Shown here: one piece after another, positions 1 to 9,737 of the stretch | How positions within the stretch are numbered: the stretch's first letter is position 1 | Layout: each line of letters starts with the position of its first letter | Source: a virus | Direction: 5' to 3' (one strand) | IMG/VR virus record: IMGVR_UViG_3300014720_000016 | DNA length: 64,000 nucleotides | Translations under genes and position numbers: made by a program | Notes under the pieces: generated by a model | Database searches by the model: none | The model's input: the letters and a program-made list of their open reading frames with translations, nothing else | What the model was told of the DNA's origin: nothing

Positions 1-207
1 CGCCTGCTGCTCGTCAGTTGTAGCGTTTTTGCGGCCAGTGTTTTTGCCGTGACAGACAGTCCACTCGGAAGTTATCTTTTTGCCATCTACCTGGCCCGAG
101 ATTGTTCTAAAGCGTGGTCCCTGGACTTCGGCGATCCATACTTGGACGGCTCCTGTCTCGGTGCGTGCATACAGGGGAGCGAGCTGCGTAATATCGCAAT
201 CTGACAT
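1..207 (-). CDS. ATP-dependent DNA ligase, N-terminal part (runs off the left edge; not in the ORF track)
   Basis: Manual translation from ATG 207 with AAGGA SD: MSDCDITQLAPLYARTETGAVQVWIAEVQGPRFRTISGQVDGKKITSEWTVCHGKNTGRKNATTDEQQA. The GQxxGK and GKNxGRxNxTT motifs are typical of large-phage/NCLDV ligase N-termini. Confidence 0.75.
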   Translation of the reverse strand, partial: MSDCDITQLAPLYARTETGAVQVWIAEVQGPRFRTISGQVDGKKITSEWTVCHGKNTGRKNATTDEQQA

Positions 208-233
208 TTTTTTGTTTCCTTTGGTGATTTTTT

Positions 234-316
234 CCGGCGCGGCGCGGCGGACCGGATCGGGCGGCGCGGGGCGCGGCGGCGGCCCCCGCCCGGGCGCGCG
301 GGCGCGGGCGCGCGCG
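234..316. repeat. Almost pure-GC tract containing a degenerate copy of the GGATC element (254)
   Basis: 83 nt with only 3 A/T. GGATCGGGCGG at 254, but no TTTAGG half. Confidence 0.7.
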
Positions 317-327
317 TTACCCGTGGT

Positions 328-834
328 CTATTTGCGCGTTCGTTTATAGAAAGCAGCTGCAATAGCGCTGCCTTTTTCCTTAAGTCCATCTGTGATCAGT
401 ATTGCTGGCACAAGAAACGGGGCGGCTGCAAAGAAAGCAACTACATTCGCCCGTTCCCTTGGATTATGCCAGGCGCCTACCGTCAGAGACCTAGAAGTAC
501 TAGGTTCCATCCAATAGCCTGTTCGAAAAAAGATATTGACTTGCCAGAATATAAACTTAAATGTGCTGTACTTTGAAAGATGGTGAGGTACGAGTGTTCC
601 ATCGGGTCGCGAGTACACGAAGGCACCTTGCTCGGTTACTATATCTACTCTGTATGTTTTCTTTTCAAAGCCATTTCTGCTGTGTGTCTCGTTGACATAA
701 GGAGTTGCCTCAGTGACCATGCCCCTTATCTCAGGAGGCAGAGCCAAGATGGCATGAATTGCCTCTGCAGAATGACCCTCAGCCGCGAGGTCTTCCTCTG
801 TCCCATATCGGAGAATATAGGATTCTAGCTTCAT
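328..834 (-). CDS. hypothetical protein, MKL-start family
   Basis: 168 aa ORF starting MKLESYILR; possible C-terminal TM segment. Confidence 0.7.
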   Translation of the reverse strand: MKLESYILRYGTEEDLAAEGHSAEAIHAILALPPEIRGMVTEATPYVNETHSRNGFEKKTYRVDIVTEQGAFVYSRPDGTLVPHHLSKYSTFKFIFWQVNIFFRTGYWMEPSTSRSLTVGAWHNPRERANVVAFFAAAPFLVPAILITDGLKEKGSAIAAAFYKRTRK

Positions 835-836
835 AT

Positions 837-1388
837 TTATTTTGAAATAATCTTTTCGACATAGCCGAGGCGGGCGAGGCGCTTCTTGTGGCGAGCTAGA
901 TCATAGGCAGTTATGGATTTAGGGTAGAATCTGTTAAGAGCCTTTCCACTCATACCCTCAACATACATCATCGACTTAGCCTTATCAGAAGGCCTGTGAA
1001 CAAGTACGAACTTATAGTTCCCGCTAGCCATCCTCTTTTCGCAGAAAAAGTCAACATGTGGCAGAATATTAACGTGCTTTAGATCGGACTGAATATCATC
1101 AGGCTGGGCCGCCACGGTCTGCTTAACCAGTACAAAGTCCCCGATCTTTGATGGCAGAGCAGGGATAAAGACAGTCTTGTCCATGTCCGTCCAGAAACTC
1201 AGTGTCTTGATTTTTTCAGGCTCAAGGAAGCTGCGACAGATAAGCAGCCCGCAGCGGTTGTTGTTTTCAGCAGTTTTAGTAATCACTTCGTGTAGCTCGA
1301 AAGCGCCGTCCCTTTCAAGACCGATTAGACAGTTCTCTTCGACTTTGTCGGCATCTAGTTCGCCAAAGGTTACGACGCTTCCGTTCAT
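837..1388 (-). CDS. hypothetical protein
   Basis: 183 aa ORF packed in the operon. Confidence 0.7.
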   Translation of the reverse strand: MNGSVVTFGELDADKVEENCLIGLERDGAFELHEVITKTAENNNRCGLLICRSFLEPEKIKTLSFWTDMDKTVFIPALPSKIGDFVLVKQTVAAQPDDIQSDLKHVNILPHVDFFCEKRMASGNYKFVLVHRPSDKAKSMMYVEGMSGKALNRFYPKSITAYDLARHKKRLARLGYVEKIISK

Positions 1389-1389
1389 A

Positions 1390-2085
1390 TCATTCCTCGA
1401 TCTTAAATTCCTGTGGAGGGCCGTTCCACATAGGATTTGCTACGTACATAGCATCGTCTCGGTGGGCGCGATAATGCGTACCGCCTTCCCGGCCAATGTG
1501 ATGCGAGCGTGAGATTCGTGGCTGCAAAACACGCAGACCAGAAGCGATCAGGCCGGTAATGCTAAAATCCCAACCGCGTGCATCGCGTTTCCAAGCTGGC
1601 TCAAAATGCGTCGCCCATTGCTCTTTTGTAATAGCGAAGCCTAGAGCAGAAAATTTAGATCCTGCAAAGGTAGCGGCTGGATCAGCGTCAGCCCGGCTAT
1701 CATGATTATAAAGATTCATGCACAGGAATTCATTGCGCCGTGGGTGATTCAGATACCAGGTAGCTAAACCGACGGCATCGGTGGAGATCACGATATCATC
1801 CTCTAGGTAAAGGACACCATCTACTCCGCTGTTAAATGTGCGCTTTAGCAATTCATAAGGGTTATCTCGAACACCGAGCTGGCGAGAATTTACTACTGCG
1901 TTGCTCTGCATGAAGCTTACGCTTTTGCAAATCTTTATGACTTCTTCATTACCTGGCTCAATACCGAAATTAAGTACATAGTCATCTAGATCGCCGTTCT
2001 TGCTCAGGCTATCTAGCGCAGTCTGTAGATACTTGGGTCGCTTAAAAGCGGTCATAGTCATTGCAAATTTCAAGCTATACTCCAT
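1390..2085 (-). CDS. glycosyltransferase, GT-A fold
   Basis: TAFKRPKYL N-terminus, YLEDD (DxD-like) motif, PRISRSHHIG. Confidence 0.75.
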   Translation of the reverse strand: MEYSLKFAMTMTAFKRPKYLQTALDSLSKNGDLDDYVLNFGIEPGNEEVIKICKSVSFMQSNAVVNSRQLGVRDNPYELLKRTFNSGVDGVLYLEDDIVISTDAVGLATWYLNHPRRNEFLCMNLYNHDSRADADPAATFAGSKFSALGFAITKEQWATHFEPAWKRDARGWDFSITGLIASGLRVLQPRISRSHHIGREGGTHYRAHRDDAMYVANPMWNGPPQEFKIEE

Positions 2086-3166
2086 GCAGGCTGCGGTTTA
2101 TTGCGCTAAATGTACTTTCCTCTGTATAGGTCTCTAGTATTTCCGTGCGCCGGGCTTCTGCTACCTGACACGCATCAGAATAATTATTGAAAACGTATCG
2201 CAGCTTATCTATCGCATCATCCAAGTGAGGTTCGGCCCAGTTCATTTCGGCATTGAAGAACGGCGAAATCTTCGGATTAACGCCGGCAACTGGGGTCATG
2301 TTATGCTTAACCAGAAATGGATAACCAGATCCTAGCCACTCAGCAGGCGCAGACCAGCCAGTGGTAATTACCGGTCTGCCTGCGATAGCTGCCTCCCATG
2401 GCGGCAGACCCCAGCCCTCCCCATGCGTAAGGCTTATGTGGGCGTGCGATGATTCATTTAGCTTGTGAATATCGGCAGTGGAGGAAATCTTTGCCACTAG
2501 TTGAATGTCAGGAGCCCTGCGTAGCTTCATGCCGCCAACAATCCCAGCTATTTCTTTGCTAATGATTGCAGCAGACTCGTTAGCATTAGCAGTAACGTGG
2601 CTTTTTAGTACCAGCTGTACGTCGGGATTGCCGTTAAAAGCGGCACAGAAAGCGCGAACAAGGGCAGATGGATTCTTGCGCTCGCTCCACTGAAACGACG
2701 AAAGAAAGCGGAATTTTCCAGACCTTGGGGCTTGCTTAAGATGCCCAGTGCTTTTCGCAATAGGCATGACAGCGTGCACTGGAACGGTAACGCCAGAACT
2801 GATCATTACCTCTTTGTTCCAGTGAGAAGTGGTCCAGCAGGCATCATACTCGTTAATCTTCTTTGCCCAGCCATCTGGCAAGCGATCAGCTTCAAAAGTA
2901 GTGTAGCCAATATTCCTACTGCTGCCTCTTATCCCGTCCCATAGAATCGGGACCATGTTTATCACAGTGGCATCCGGCGCATCGAATGGCTTGGCAGCGA
3001 GCATTTCCTTGGCTACCTGGCCCATGTCTGCGCTATTGCTCTGTAGTCTTATATCTAAGCAGCCGACATTCCCCGCCCGCCGCAGGGCGGGCCATATCAG
3101 CCGACCCATCTCGGCATAGCCCATGTGGGTAGATATGGGGCTAGCAAAGTTTATATTACTAGCCAT
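2075..3166 (-). CDS. glycosyltransferase family 4 (GT-B)
   Basis: IGYTTFEAD, QWSERKN, HGEGWGLPPWEAAIAGRPVITT (EX7E motif). Confidence 0.85.
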   Translation of the reverse strand: MASNINFASPISTHMGYAEMGRLIWPALRRAGNVGCLDIRLQSNSADMGQVAKEMLAAKPFDAPDATVINMVPILWDGIRGSSRNIGYTTFEADRLPDGWAKKINEYDACWTTSHWNKEVMISSGVTVPVHAVMPIAKSTGHLKQAPRSGKFRFLSSFQWSERKNPSALVRAFCAAFNGNPDVQLVLKSHVTANANESAAIISKEIAGIVGGMKLRRAPDIQLVAKISSTADIHKLNESSHAHISLTHGEGWGLPPWEAAIAGRPVITTGWSAPAEWLGSGYPFLVKHNMTPVAGVNPKISPFFNAEMNWAEPHLDDAIDKLRYVFNNYSDACQVAEARRTEILETYTEESTFSAINRSLHGV

Positions 3167-4550
3167 CAGTGCTAAACCCTTTGCGCTTTACTTTCTTGCT
3201 TACCGTAGCAGGTTTTGCTCGCTTTGTCCTCGTTGCTCTGCGTGGCTTAGGCCCTGCTTCATCAGCCGGATAATCGCCTACGATGGGATCACTTTCTATA
3301 TCCGCAGATTCGGCATCATCCTCGTCTGGATGAAATGCCCGCAAATCATCAAGAATATCCCGGATATTTGAGGTCGGGCGCAGCTTTAGACGAAGGACTA
3401 CTTCCTTGCATTCTGCCGGAGTAAACCTGCGACCAGCCATTGCAGCTTTTACGTCGCTGCTGCTAATCTGGACATCCATGCTCTTGGCGTAAGACTGCAT
3501 GATCTCCAAGCATGAATCGGCGCTAGGCAGCGAGAACTGGAATTTCTCATCAAACCTGCCCGGTCGCAGCAGGGCTTCCCCAAGCTCCTCTGTGTCGTTA
3601 ACTGTGGCGAAGAAGGAAATCTTTGGGTACTTGCGCTTTAGATTTTCCGTAATGTAGAGGAACTTGCCCTCGTATTCGTCAAAGTCTACGCGGTCAAAAT
3701 CATCGAAAAGCACGATCTCGGGCTTAAGAATCGATAGTATCTGCTCAATCTCCTTGTTGTCAACGCTCTCTAGGAATGAGGCATCAACCTTTACCAGCCT
3801 ATTGCCAAATTCTTGCGAGATGCGCTCGCACCAGCTGGTCTTGCCGGTGCCAGGCTTGCCGTACAGCAAAAAGCTGCGGCTAATAGACATGCTCTTGGAA
3901 AGGTTGAGGTATGCAACCATGTCTGCAATAGGATGCGTGGACATGTCAGTATACTGGTTTGAGCCGGGCAGCGCAGAGATCTCTACCTCTACTTTGGAGT
4001 CACCAGAGCTTTTACCATACGAGAGATTGATGCCTGTTGGGTATTTGTTCCAAAAGAAATCGTGGATAAGCGCGTGGTCAAAATCTGGCGATAGCCAGTA
4101 TTGACTTACGATCTCTTCGGGGCTGGCAAAGACATCAAAGCGATCTACTTGTGCAGCCCTGTGAATCCAATACATTTCCGAGTTGTCCGCAACAGTCATG
4201 CGGATCATGCTCATGTTGTCCAGCTTCATAACTGTACCAACAGAGAAGACTGACTCTGCTCCAGACTTAATTAGGAGCTTGTGCAGTTCGCCGTTATGGA
4301 CTTTCAAGTTATGCTTCTCAACATAGAAGTTGATTGGATTCACAAACTCGATATTCAGGGCATCCGCAATTACGTTAGCACCAGCCATAACAGCTGATCC
4401 GATACTAAGCGGGTTGCGATTGTGGGCGAGGCTGGCAGTAATGTTAAGGACTTCCTGCCCCAGAGAAGAGGCCTGCTGAACATAAGGATGCCCGAGAACT
4501 TCGCCGGCCTTCTTCTTAAACTTGTCAAAAAAGCTCTTCTCTGACATCAT
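3159..4550 (-). CDS. AAA+ ATPase
   Basis: Walker A GKPGTGKT, Walker B VLFDDFD, SRH ALLRPGRFD. Confidence 0.9.
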   Translation of the reverse strand: MMSEKSFFDKFKKKAGEVLGHPYVQQASSLGQEVLNITASLAHNRNPLSIGSAVMAGANVIADALNIEFVNPINFYVEKHNLKVHNGELHKLLIKSGAESVFSVGTVMKLDNMSMIRMTVADNSEMYWIHRAAQVDRFDVFASPEEIVSQYWLSPDFDHALIHDFFWNKYPTGINLSYGKSSGDSKVEVEISALPGSNQYTDMSTHPIADMVAYLNLSKSMSISRSFLLYGKPGTGKTSWCERISQEFGNRLVKVDASFLESVDNKEIEQILSILKPEIVLFDDFDRVDFDEYEGKFLYITENLKRKYPKISFFATVNDTEELGEALLRPGRFDEKFQFSLPSADSCLEIMQSYAKSMDVQISSSDVKAAMAGRRFTPAECKEVVLRLKLRPTSNIRDILDDLRAFHPDEDDAESADIESDPIVGDYPADEAGPKPRRATRTKRAKPATVSKKVKRKGFSTDG

Positions 4551-6118
4551 TCCTCCGACTTCACTGCGATCTCGCCACCGATTGCGCCTGATTGCAGAGC
4601 GGCCTTTAGTTTTTCCCAGGCGCCCATCCTGACAGCTTTTGCAAAATACGAGTCAATACTTTCTAGCATAAAACGCAAACTACCATCGAGCACATAGGTG
4701 TGAGCCCAGTCCTTATCTGATCTTACCGCTCGTCCATAGGCTTGTACAAGAGAATTTCTTGTTGCCATTTCATACAGCCCAGGCATAGCGCTATTTAGAG
4801 CTTCCATGTATTCAGACTTTGCCGGGAATGGTACCTTCATAATTACCTGGAAGCGACCCAGATCATCAGCCAAGTCCACGCCCTCCATCATAGATGGGCT
4901 TACTAGTATTGAGTCTGCTTGCTGCTTGTGATGCGCAAGTGCAATGCTTTTATTGGCGCCCTGCTCTACCCAGGTAAACCGGGGATTCTTGCCGTATATT
5001 GTCTGAAGGGCGCTGAAAACCCTGTAGTTAGAAGTGTGAATAATCCCACGCTGATTCCGATGCCGCTGCACAATGGCGTCAAGCAGCTGAATCGCCGGCA
5101 TATCCCTGCCGAATTTTGTAGCGTAATTTATCGTAGGAATATCTTTCGGAAAATAGATCGGCCTGTGCTCAACCGGGAAAGAACTCTCTAGATTGAATTC
5201 GACAGTCTTATCTGGATCTAATCCCAGGATCTTGGCAAAATTAACATCAATCGTAGCCGATAGGAAGTAAATCTTGCGGAATCGCGAAAGAAACTTGTGA
5301 GCCATCGTGGCAGGGTAGATGGGCTTGATCTGGACCTTTTCGTTTTCGGTATCGACATAGAAGTCGCCGGGCAACCGTGCCTCCTGGAGAATGGCGCCTA
5401 CCCGATCAGAGATCTGCTTGCACTGCTCCAGAGTCTTAGAGTCTGAAGACGATTCAGCCCGCATGCCTGCAGCAGTCTTAACCCGCTTGAGCCAATCAAC
5501 GTAGTTTGTTTGATTGGGCAAGTCGCGGATTTTCAGAAGGTTGAAGATTCGTTTTGTGGGAATTTCTAGAGAATAGAAATCCAGAACCTTGTCGATGAAG
5601 TTGTGGGCCTCGTCAAGCACAATAGCGCCGCTCGTAAAGCCGCTAGAGAAAGCCAGATCGTAGTTAAGAATACCGCCAGATGTATGTGGCAGGGCGTACT
5701 TCTTTTTGTAGTATTCGCACTTGTTATTCTTGGCACAGCTCTGCCGCAACTCTGGCGGAGTTTTCTCAGGGATGTCGTACTTAGACTTGGCGATTTGTAA
5801 CAGCTTCCTGCTGGCACAAGGCGCATCTCCGGTAGATCCACCGGAGATCGAACAGCTGTAGTTACTCTTGCCTTTTAGTACAAACTCAGAATTAAATTGG
5901 GAGGTTGAGGCGTACTGATCTTGCAGCAACTTTGTGGCAGTAAGGACGTGGGTATGGTGCTTGCGCGAAAGTGCCACTGCCAGTCCGCTTTTCCCTAGCC
6001 CTGTAGGCGCCCGTATAATGAAGTACTGCTTATCTTCATTCTCATCCAGCTTGTCCAGCAAATCCTCGATACCTGGCCGATAGCTAGGAAACGGGTAGTG
6101 ACTTTTGAGCGGTTCCAT
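4547..6118 (-). CDS. DinG/Rad3-like SF2 helicase
   Basis: APTGLGKS, LKGKSNYSC with Cys cluster, DEAH, LSAT, EGVD, QAYGRAVRS. Confidence 0.9.
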   Translation of the reverse strand: MEPLKSHYPFPSYRPGIEDLLDKLDENEDKQYFIIRAPTGLGKSGLAVALSRKHHTHVLTATKLLQDQYASTSQFNSEFVLKGKSNYSCSISGGSTGDAPCASRKLLQIAKSKYDIPEKTPPELRQSCAKNNKCEYYKKKYALPHTSGGILNYDLAFSSGFTSGAIVLDEAHNFIDKVLDFYSLEIPTKRIFNLLKIRDLPNQTNYVDWLKRVKTAAGMRAESSSDSKTLEQCKQISDRVGAILQEARLPGDFYVDTENEKVQIKPIYPATMAHKFLSRFRKIYFLSATIDVNFAKILGLDPDKTVEFNLESSFPVEHRPIYFPKDIPTINYATKFGRDMPAIQLLDAIVQRHRNQRGIIHTSNYRVFSALQTIYGKNPRFTWVEQGANKSIALAHHKQQADSILVSPSMMEGVDLADDLGRFQVIMKVPFPAKSEYMEALNSAMPGLYEMATRNSLVQAYGRAVRSDKDWAHTYVLDGSLRFMLESIDSYFAKAVRMGAWEKLKAALQSGAIGGEIAVKSEE

Positions 6119-6173
6119 TTGCTTCCTTTTGCGCCACTAGCGCCGCGATAAATAACTGGACAAGCTGGCTGAA

Positions 6174-6680
6174 TCAGATGCCGCTGCTGCCAAAGCCGCC
6201 TGTGCCACGGGTATTGTGCCGGGCCTTGCTTTGGTTATCAAACTCTTCATCAGAAACCCAGAAGCAATCCATCTGCTCTAGGCGCATTGGAATAAGCTGA
6301 CCAACCCGGTCGCCATGGTTGATGGTAATCGTCGCTTCATTTGGCGGAAGATACTTGCCGGCCAACATCATGGCGCCCTCATAACCATTGTCTACTACTC
6401 CTACTAGGCATACTAGATGTAGCTTAGCAAAGGTGCTGCTGCGGGGATTCAGCTGTAGCCACCAGCCCGGGGGCGCAATGGTGCGAATTCCTAGGTCAAT
6501 CTTGAAGGCCTGATCAGGATGCAGGGTGATAGAGCTCGGCTGGCCCTGATCATCTAGGATGCACGCCTTTACGTCATAGCCGGTATCATTAGCGTTCTGC
6601 TTGCTTGGCAGGAAGCTGCCATCAACGTGGTCGCTTAGGACTGAGCGGCAAAAGATAAATTGTGGTACTAGCTGGCTCAA
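6174..6680 (-). CDS. dut: dUTPase (trimeric)
   Basis: GYDV, PRSS, GVVDNGYEG, GDRVGQL, RGTGGFGSSG. Confidence 0.93.
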   Translation of the reverse strand: MSQLVPQFIFCRSVLSDHVDGSFLPSKQNANDTGYDVKACILDDQGQPSSITLHPDQAFKIDLGIRTIAPPGWWLQLNPRSSTFAKLHLVCLVGVVDNGYEGAMMLAGKYLPPNEATITINHGDRVGQLIPMRLEQMDCFWVSDEEFDNQSKARHNTRGTGGFGSSGI

Positions 6681-7138
6681 ATCAAACTCCTATCTAACAT
6701 CATGGTGAAATACAAAACGCTGCTGTTGTCGTAAAATGAGTTATGGCCTACTAGATTGCCTAGGACAACTACGCTCGCCCCATCTAGTGTGCCCAGGCGA
6801 ATAGAGTCGAATGCATCTTGTACTGGAGATAGCCTTAGCAGCTTGCCTTCATCAGTGCGAAGCCAGCATGTATGTTTTCTGCTTGCGCCTTCGCCATGGC
6901 TGTGAACTTCGACCTTGCCAAGATATGCTCGGGCAAGCTTGGGCTCGGACTCTGAGTTCCAATGATCAAATGCTTCTTTCGAGCCGTATAGTGGGCAAGC
7001 GGGATCATGCCACAGGTGTTTCTCGTAAACATCTTCTTCGCTTAGTGGCGCGTTCCACGTATCCTTGCTGCACAGATCGCAGCAAATAGCCATGTCGGCT
7101 ACGTATAGCCATCGGCTTAGATATTTTACATTTAGCAT
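6677..7138 (-). CDS. hypothetical protein (Cys/His-containing)
   Basis: 153 aa ORF with CDLC and HDPACP. Confidence 0.6.
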   Translation of the reverse strand: MLNVKYLSRWLYVADMAICCDLCSKDTWNAPLSEEDVYEKHLWHDPACPLYGSKEAFDHWNSESEPKLARAYLGKVEVHSHGEGASRKHTCWLRTDEGKLLRLSPVQDAFDSIRLGTLDGASVVVLGNLVGHNSFYDNSSVLYFTMMLDRSLI

Positions 7139-7153
7139 GTTTTTAATTCTGTG

Positions 7154-7492
7154 TCACTCTGGTGCGTCGAACGGATCAACCCAGGTGTCATTCTCGTAAA
7201 AGGTATTCTTCATCTTCTCGTCGCCTACAAGATTCTGAAGAGTGTTGACATCGCCATTAACCATTTCTGTGCCGATCTTTTCGTAAGTGCGCATTACAGC
7301 TGGATCGATCTCATGCTCCATGATCTCTTCCATGGTCTGGTAGTTGACGTGTGTATTAAATGTGCCGATCTTCCGCGTATAGCCTTCTACTTCTCCGCAG
7401 CGGGCACAGGACAGGGACCGTTTGCCATCTGGGTTAAAGTAGTGCTTCTTCTTGAAACCGCACTTTTCGCAAGCATATAGGAACTGTGGCAT
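7154..7492 (-). CDS. FmdB-like zinc-ribbon protein
   Basis: MPQFLYACEKCG...CARCG. Confidence 0.7.
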   Translation of the reverse strand: MPQFLYACEKCGFKKKHYFNPDGKRSLSCARCGEVEGYTRKIGTFNTHVNYQTMEEIMEHEIDPAVMRTYEKIGTEMVNGDVNTLQNLVGDEKMKNTFYENDTWVDPFDAPE

Positions 7493-7683
7493 TAGGCATC
7501 CTCGTCTGGAAGTTCTGCTTCTAGTCGCTCTCCAATTAAATTGAGGGCGATATCTTCTCTGCCGGCTACCCGGAGTGCAAAGTCCTTGTACTTGTTATCA
7601 AATACTTCAAACTTTAGAAACACTTTGTCTGATTCTTTGTCCCATTCGACGCAGACGAGACTCGCAATCTGTACGTTCTTCAT
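7492..7683 (-). CDS. hypothetical protein
   Basis: Likely start MKNVQ at 7683 (ATGA overlap). Confidence 0.6.
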   Translation of the reverse strand: MKNVQIASLVCVEWDKESDKVFLKFEVFDNKYKDFALRVAGREDIALNLIGERLEAELPDEDA

Positions 7684-8054
7684 TCTTCGTCCTCTGGCAA
7701 ATCTGGCAGTACATTGCGCAGTGCGCAAAACAGCCGGCAACTAACTCGCTCTTTAATTTCTTTTACAAGAGGATCAGCTATGAGATCCATATCAGACACG
7801 AGAATTTCTGACAAGAAGTCTATTACCGAATCGCGAACATCCTCTATCGAGGAATGCTGGTTAACATTCAGGTGAAGCAGCCAGCTTAGTTTTGAATTGC
7901 TGTCCTTTTCCAGACACGAAGTGGGGCCAGAGCTGCCAACCCTTACGCTAAACCGCAACAGGGGGTCGATTACAAGCACCCCGCGATAAGCGTCTAGGTA
8001 GGTGTTGGCTATATTTATAATGTCCGCTTCGCTTAGCATCTTCGCTCCTGCCAT
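7680..8054 (-). CDS. hypothetical protein
   Basis: 124 aa; ATG lies 8 nt after the GATCC of the repeat element. Confidence 0.65.
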   Translation of the reverse strand: MAGAKMLSEADIINIANTYLDAYRGVLVIDPLLRFSVRVGSSGPTSCLEKDSNSKLSWLLHLNVNQHSSIEDVRDSVIDFLSEILVSDMDLIADPLVKEIKERVSCRLFCALRNVLPDLPEDEE

Positions 8055-8062
8055 GCACCACC

Positions 8063-8095
8063 GGATCGGGGCAACCCGGCTTTAGGCCAGGCCCG
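8063..8095 (-). promoter_or_regulatory. CCTAAA-N13-GATCC intergenic element, copy 1
   Basis: + strand ggatc-ggggcaacccggc-tttaggccaggcccg. Confidence 0.75.
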
Positions 8096-8333
8096 TGCTG
8101 CCTGGTGCCTGTCGAAACTCAACCTCTGGACGCAGCCTCTCTACAAGGGCCTGCAAGTACTCTCTTTTCTTATCCATCATCAGCGCCTTGTTCAGGTGTG
8201 CGCGAACAGCCTCGATCTGCTCCGCAGAAGGGATCGGCTTGGCTGCCTTGCCCGTGCCCTGTGTCCAGCCATCTGGAGCTACTGCATTGGCAATGGTACG
8301 GAATTCTTTTTCGCTTAGTCCCAGGTAGTTCAT
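8082..8333 (-). CDS. hypothetical protein
   Basis: 83 aa; its stop codon is the TAA of the element's TAAA. Confidence 0.6.
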   Translation of the reverse strand: MNYLGLSEKEFRTIANAVAPDGWTQGTGKAAKPIPSAEQIEAVRAHLNKALMMDKKREYLQALVERLRPEVEFRQAPGSTGLA

Positions 8334-9202
8334 CGCTTATCCTTTCCAAGTTTCATTCGCGGAATCCTCTTCTGGAGGCCACCCTGGTAGCCAAAGAAGT
8401 AGCGGTACATTCGACGCTGGATAGCCATGCCAGCATGGCTAAGGCAGATGTCCGAAATCCGGCTGGCTACTGCGGGTGACTGCTCGGCAAGGGCAGCCTG
8501 AGACATGTAGAAGAGGACTCGAGGCGTAAGCATATCTCGAAATTCAGAGTCGAAATAGTTCTTGTTGTGTTCGCATCCGATATAGGGAATGACAGGATCG
8601 CTGTGCCAGAACTGGCCAAGATTTAGCAGGGATAGGCGAAGAGCCTCAAGAAACGCCACGTTTGCTAGGTCAACGGCGAGGACCGCTCCGCGCTTTGCTT
8701 TTTCAAGGTCAGCGCATACGACGGCTAGCAGATCAGGGATATTGCCTGAGTCAGAAACCGTGTCTGCTGCTGGTGGAACCACTCCGCACAGATAATCTTC
8801 CATGCTGGAGTTGCCTTCTTCGCCGCCATTGCCAGCGGAAGATTTTTCTACGATATCGGCGATATAGCGCGTTCGCTTGCGGGATGAATACTCGCGATTG
8901 AGATCATTCTTGAAGGAAATCTTCAGATAAGACTTGAATACTTTTAGAAAATCAATATCTGCGTCGGCGACTTCGACAAGCCCCTTGATAGTCTCGTCCG
9001 CTAGCTGCTTCGTATGGAGCACCCCGTCATCAAACTTCTTGGAGATAAAGAAAGCTTTGGCCTGCCATTCGTCTACGCACGCCCGCGCATCAGGCACCCG
9101 GTAGCCAAGGGCAATCTTGATCAGGGCTGGTCGGATAGATTCGAAGATGTTTGGAATCTCTTCCGCCAAGCGGATGCCGTTGTTCTTTGAGCTTACTGTC
9201 AT
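8330..9202 (-). CDS. putative sigma70-region-2-like transcription factor
   Basis: IRPALIKIALGY...DE...FKSYLKISFKNDLNREYSSRKR resembles ECF/sigma region 2.1-2.4; no clear region 4. Confidence 0.4.
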   Translation of the reverse strand: MTVSSKNNGIRLAEEIPNIFESIRPALIKIALGYRVPDARACVDEWQAKAFFISKKFDDGVLHTKQLADETIKGLVEVADADIDFLKVFKSYLKISFKNDLNREYSSRKRTRYIADIVEKSSAGNGGEEGNSSMEDYLCGVVPPAADTVSDSGNIPDLLAVVCADLEKAKRGAVLAVDLANVAFLEALRLSLLNLGQFWHSDPVIPYIGCEHNKNYFDSEFRDMLTPRVLFYMSQAALAEQSPAVASRISDICLSHAGMAIQRRMYRYFFGYQGGLQKRIPRMKLGKDKR

Positions 9203-9441
9203 TTTTCCTCATTCATTTTAACTGATTTCAGATAGAAGTTAATAATTCCTTCTTCTAGAAAGGCATCATCGGAGCCTCGAGTAATAGCGGATTTCCTGCT
9301 GGCGAGCGCAGACACCACTTCTTCATCAGAAGCAGCGAGCGCTACTAGCTCAGCTAGTGACTGCACTATGGCCGCACTCCTGAGCGCATGATTTTTGGCA
9401 AACCCGGCGTCAGCGGCAATAGTCTGTTTTAGTTCGCTCAC
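9199..9441 (-). CDS. hypothetical protein
   Basis: 80 aa, overlap-coupled. Confidence 0.6.
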   Translation of the reverse strand: MSELKQTIAADAGFAKNHALRSAAIVQSLAELVALAASDEEVVSALASRKSAITRGSDDAFLEEGIINFYLKSVKMNEEK

Positions 9442-9737
9442 ACCAAGCCGCCTTCCCGCAAATCATCCAGCACGCCGCTTACCTTTAACGCTGCGTCCGT
9501 TCCGCCATCTTCTATAACGCAGCCTTGCGCCTCCATCCAAAGGAAGGCATATTCTGCCGCCAGCAGCGCATCGGTAGTCGCCTGCAGTGTGTTTGCCAGT
9601 GACGCAATTAGCGAGGCTTGCTGGATATTACCGGATTGCAACGGCACCGAGCCGCCATTTGCATCTGTTATGCGAGCCTGGCTGCCATCAGATACAGCAT
9701 TCCACGGCAGTGGGTGATTTACGAAAATTCCCATCAT
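9438..9737 (-). CDS. hypothetical protein
   Basis: 99 aa with HPLPW motif. Confidence 0.6.
   Translation of the reverse strand: MMGIFVNHPLPWNAVSDGSQARITDANGGSVPLQSGNIQQASLIASLANTLQATTDALLAAEYAFLWMEAQGCVIEDGGTDAALKVSGVLDDLREGGLV

Noticed and set aside
80-389. Track ORFs 80..349 (+) and 87..389 (-)
   Set aside because: Artefacts of the GC tract; the real gene is the ligase starting at 207.
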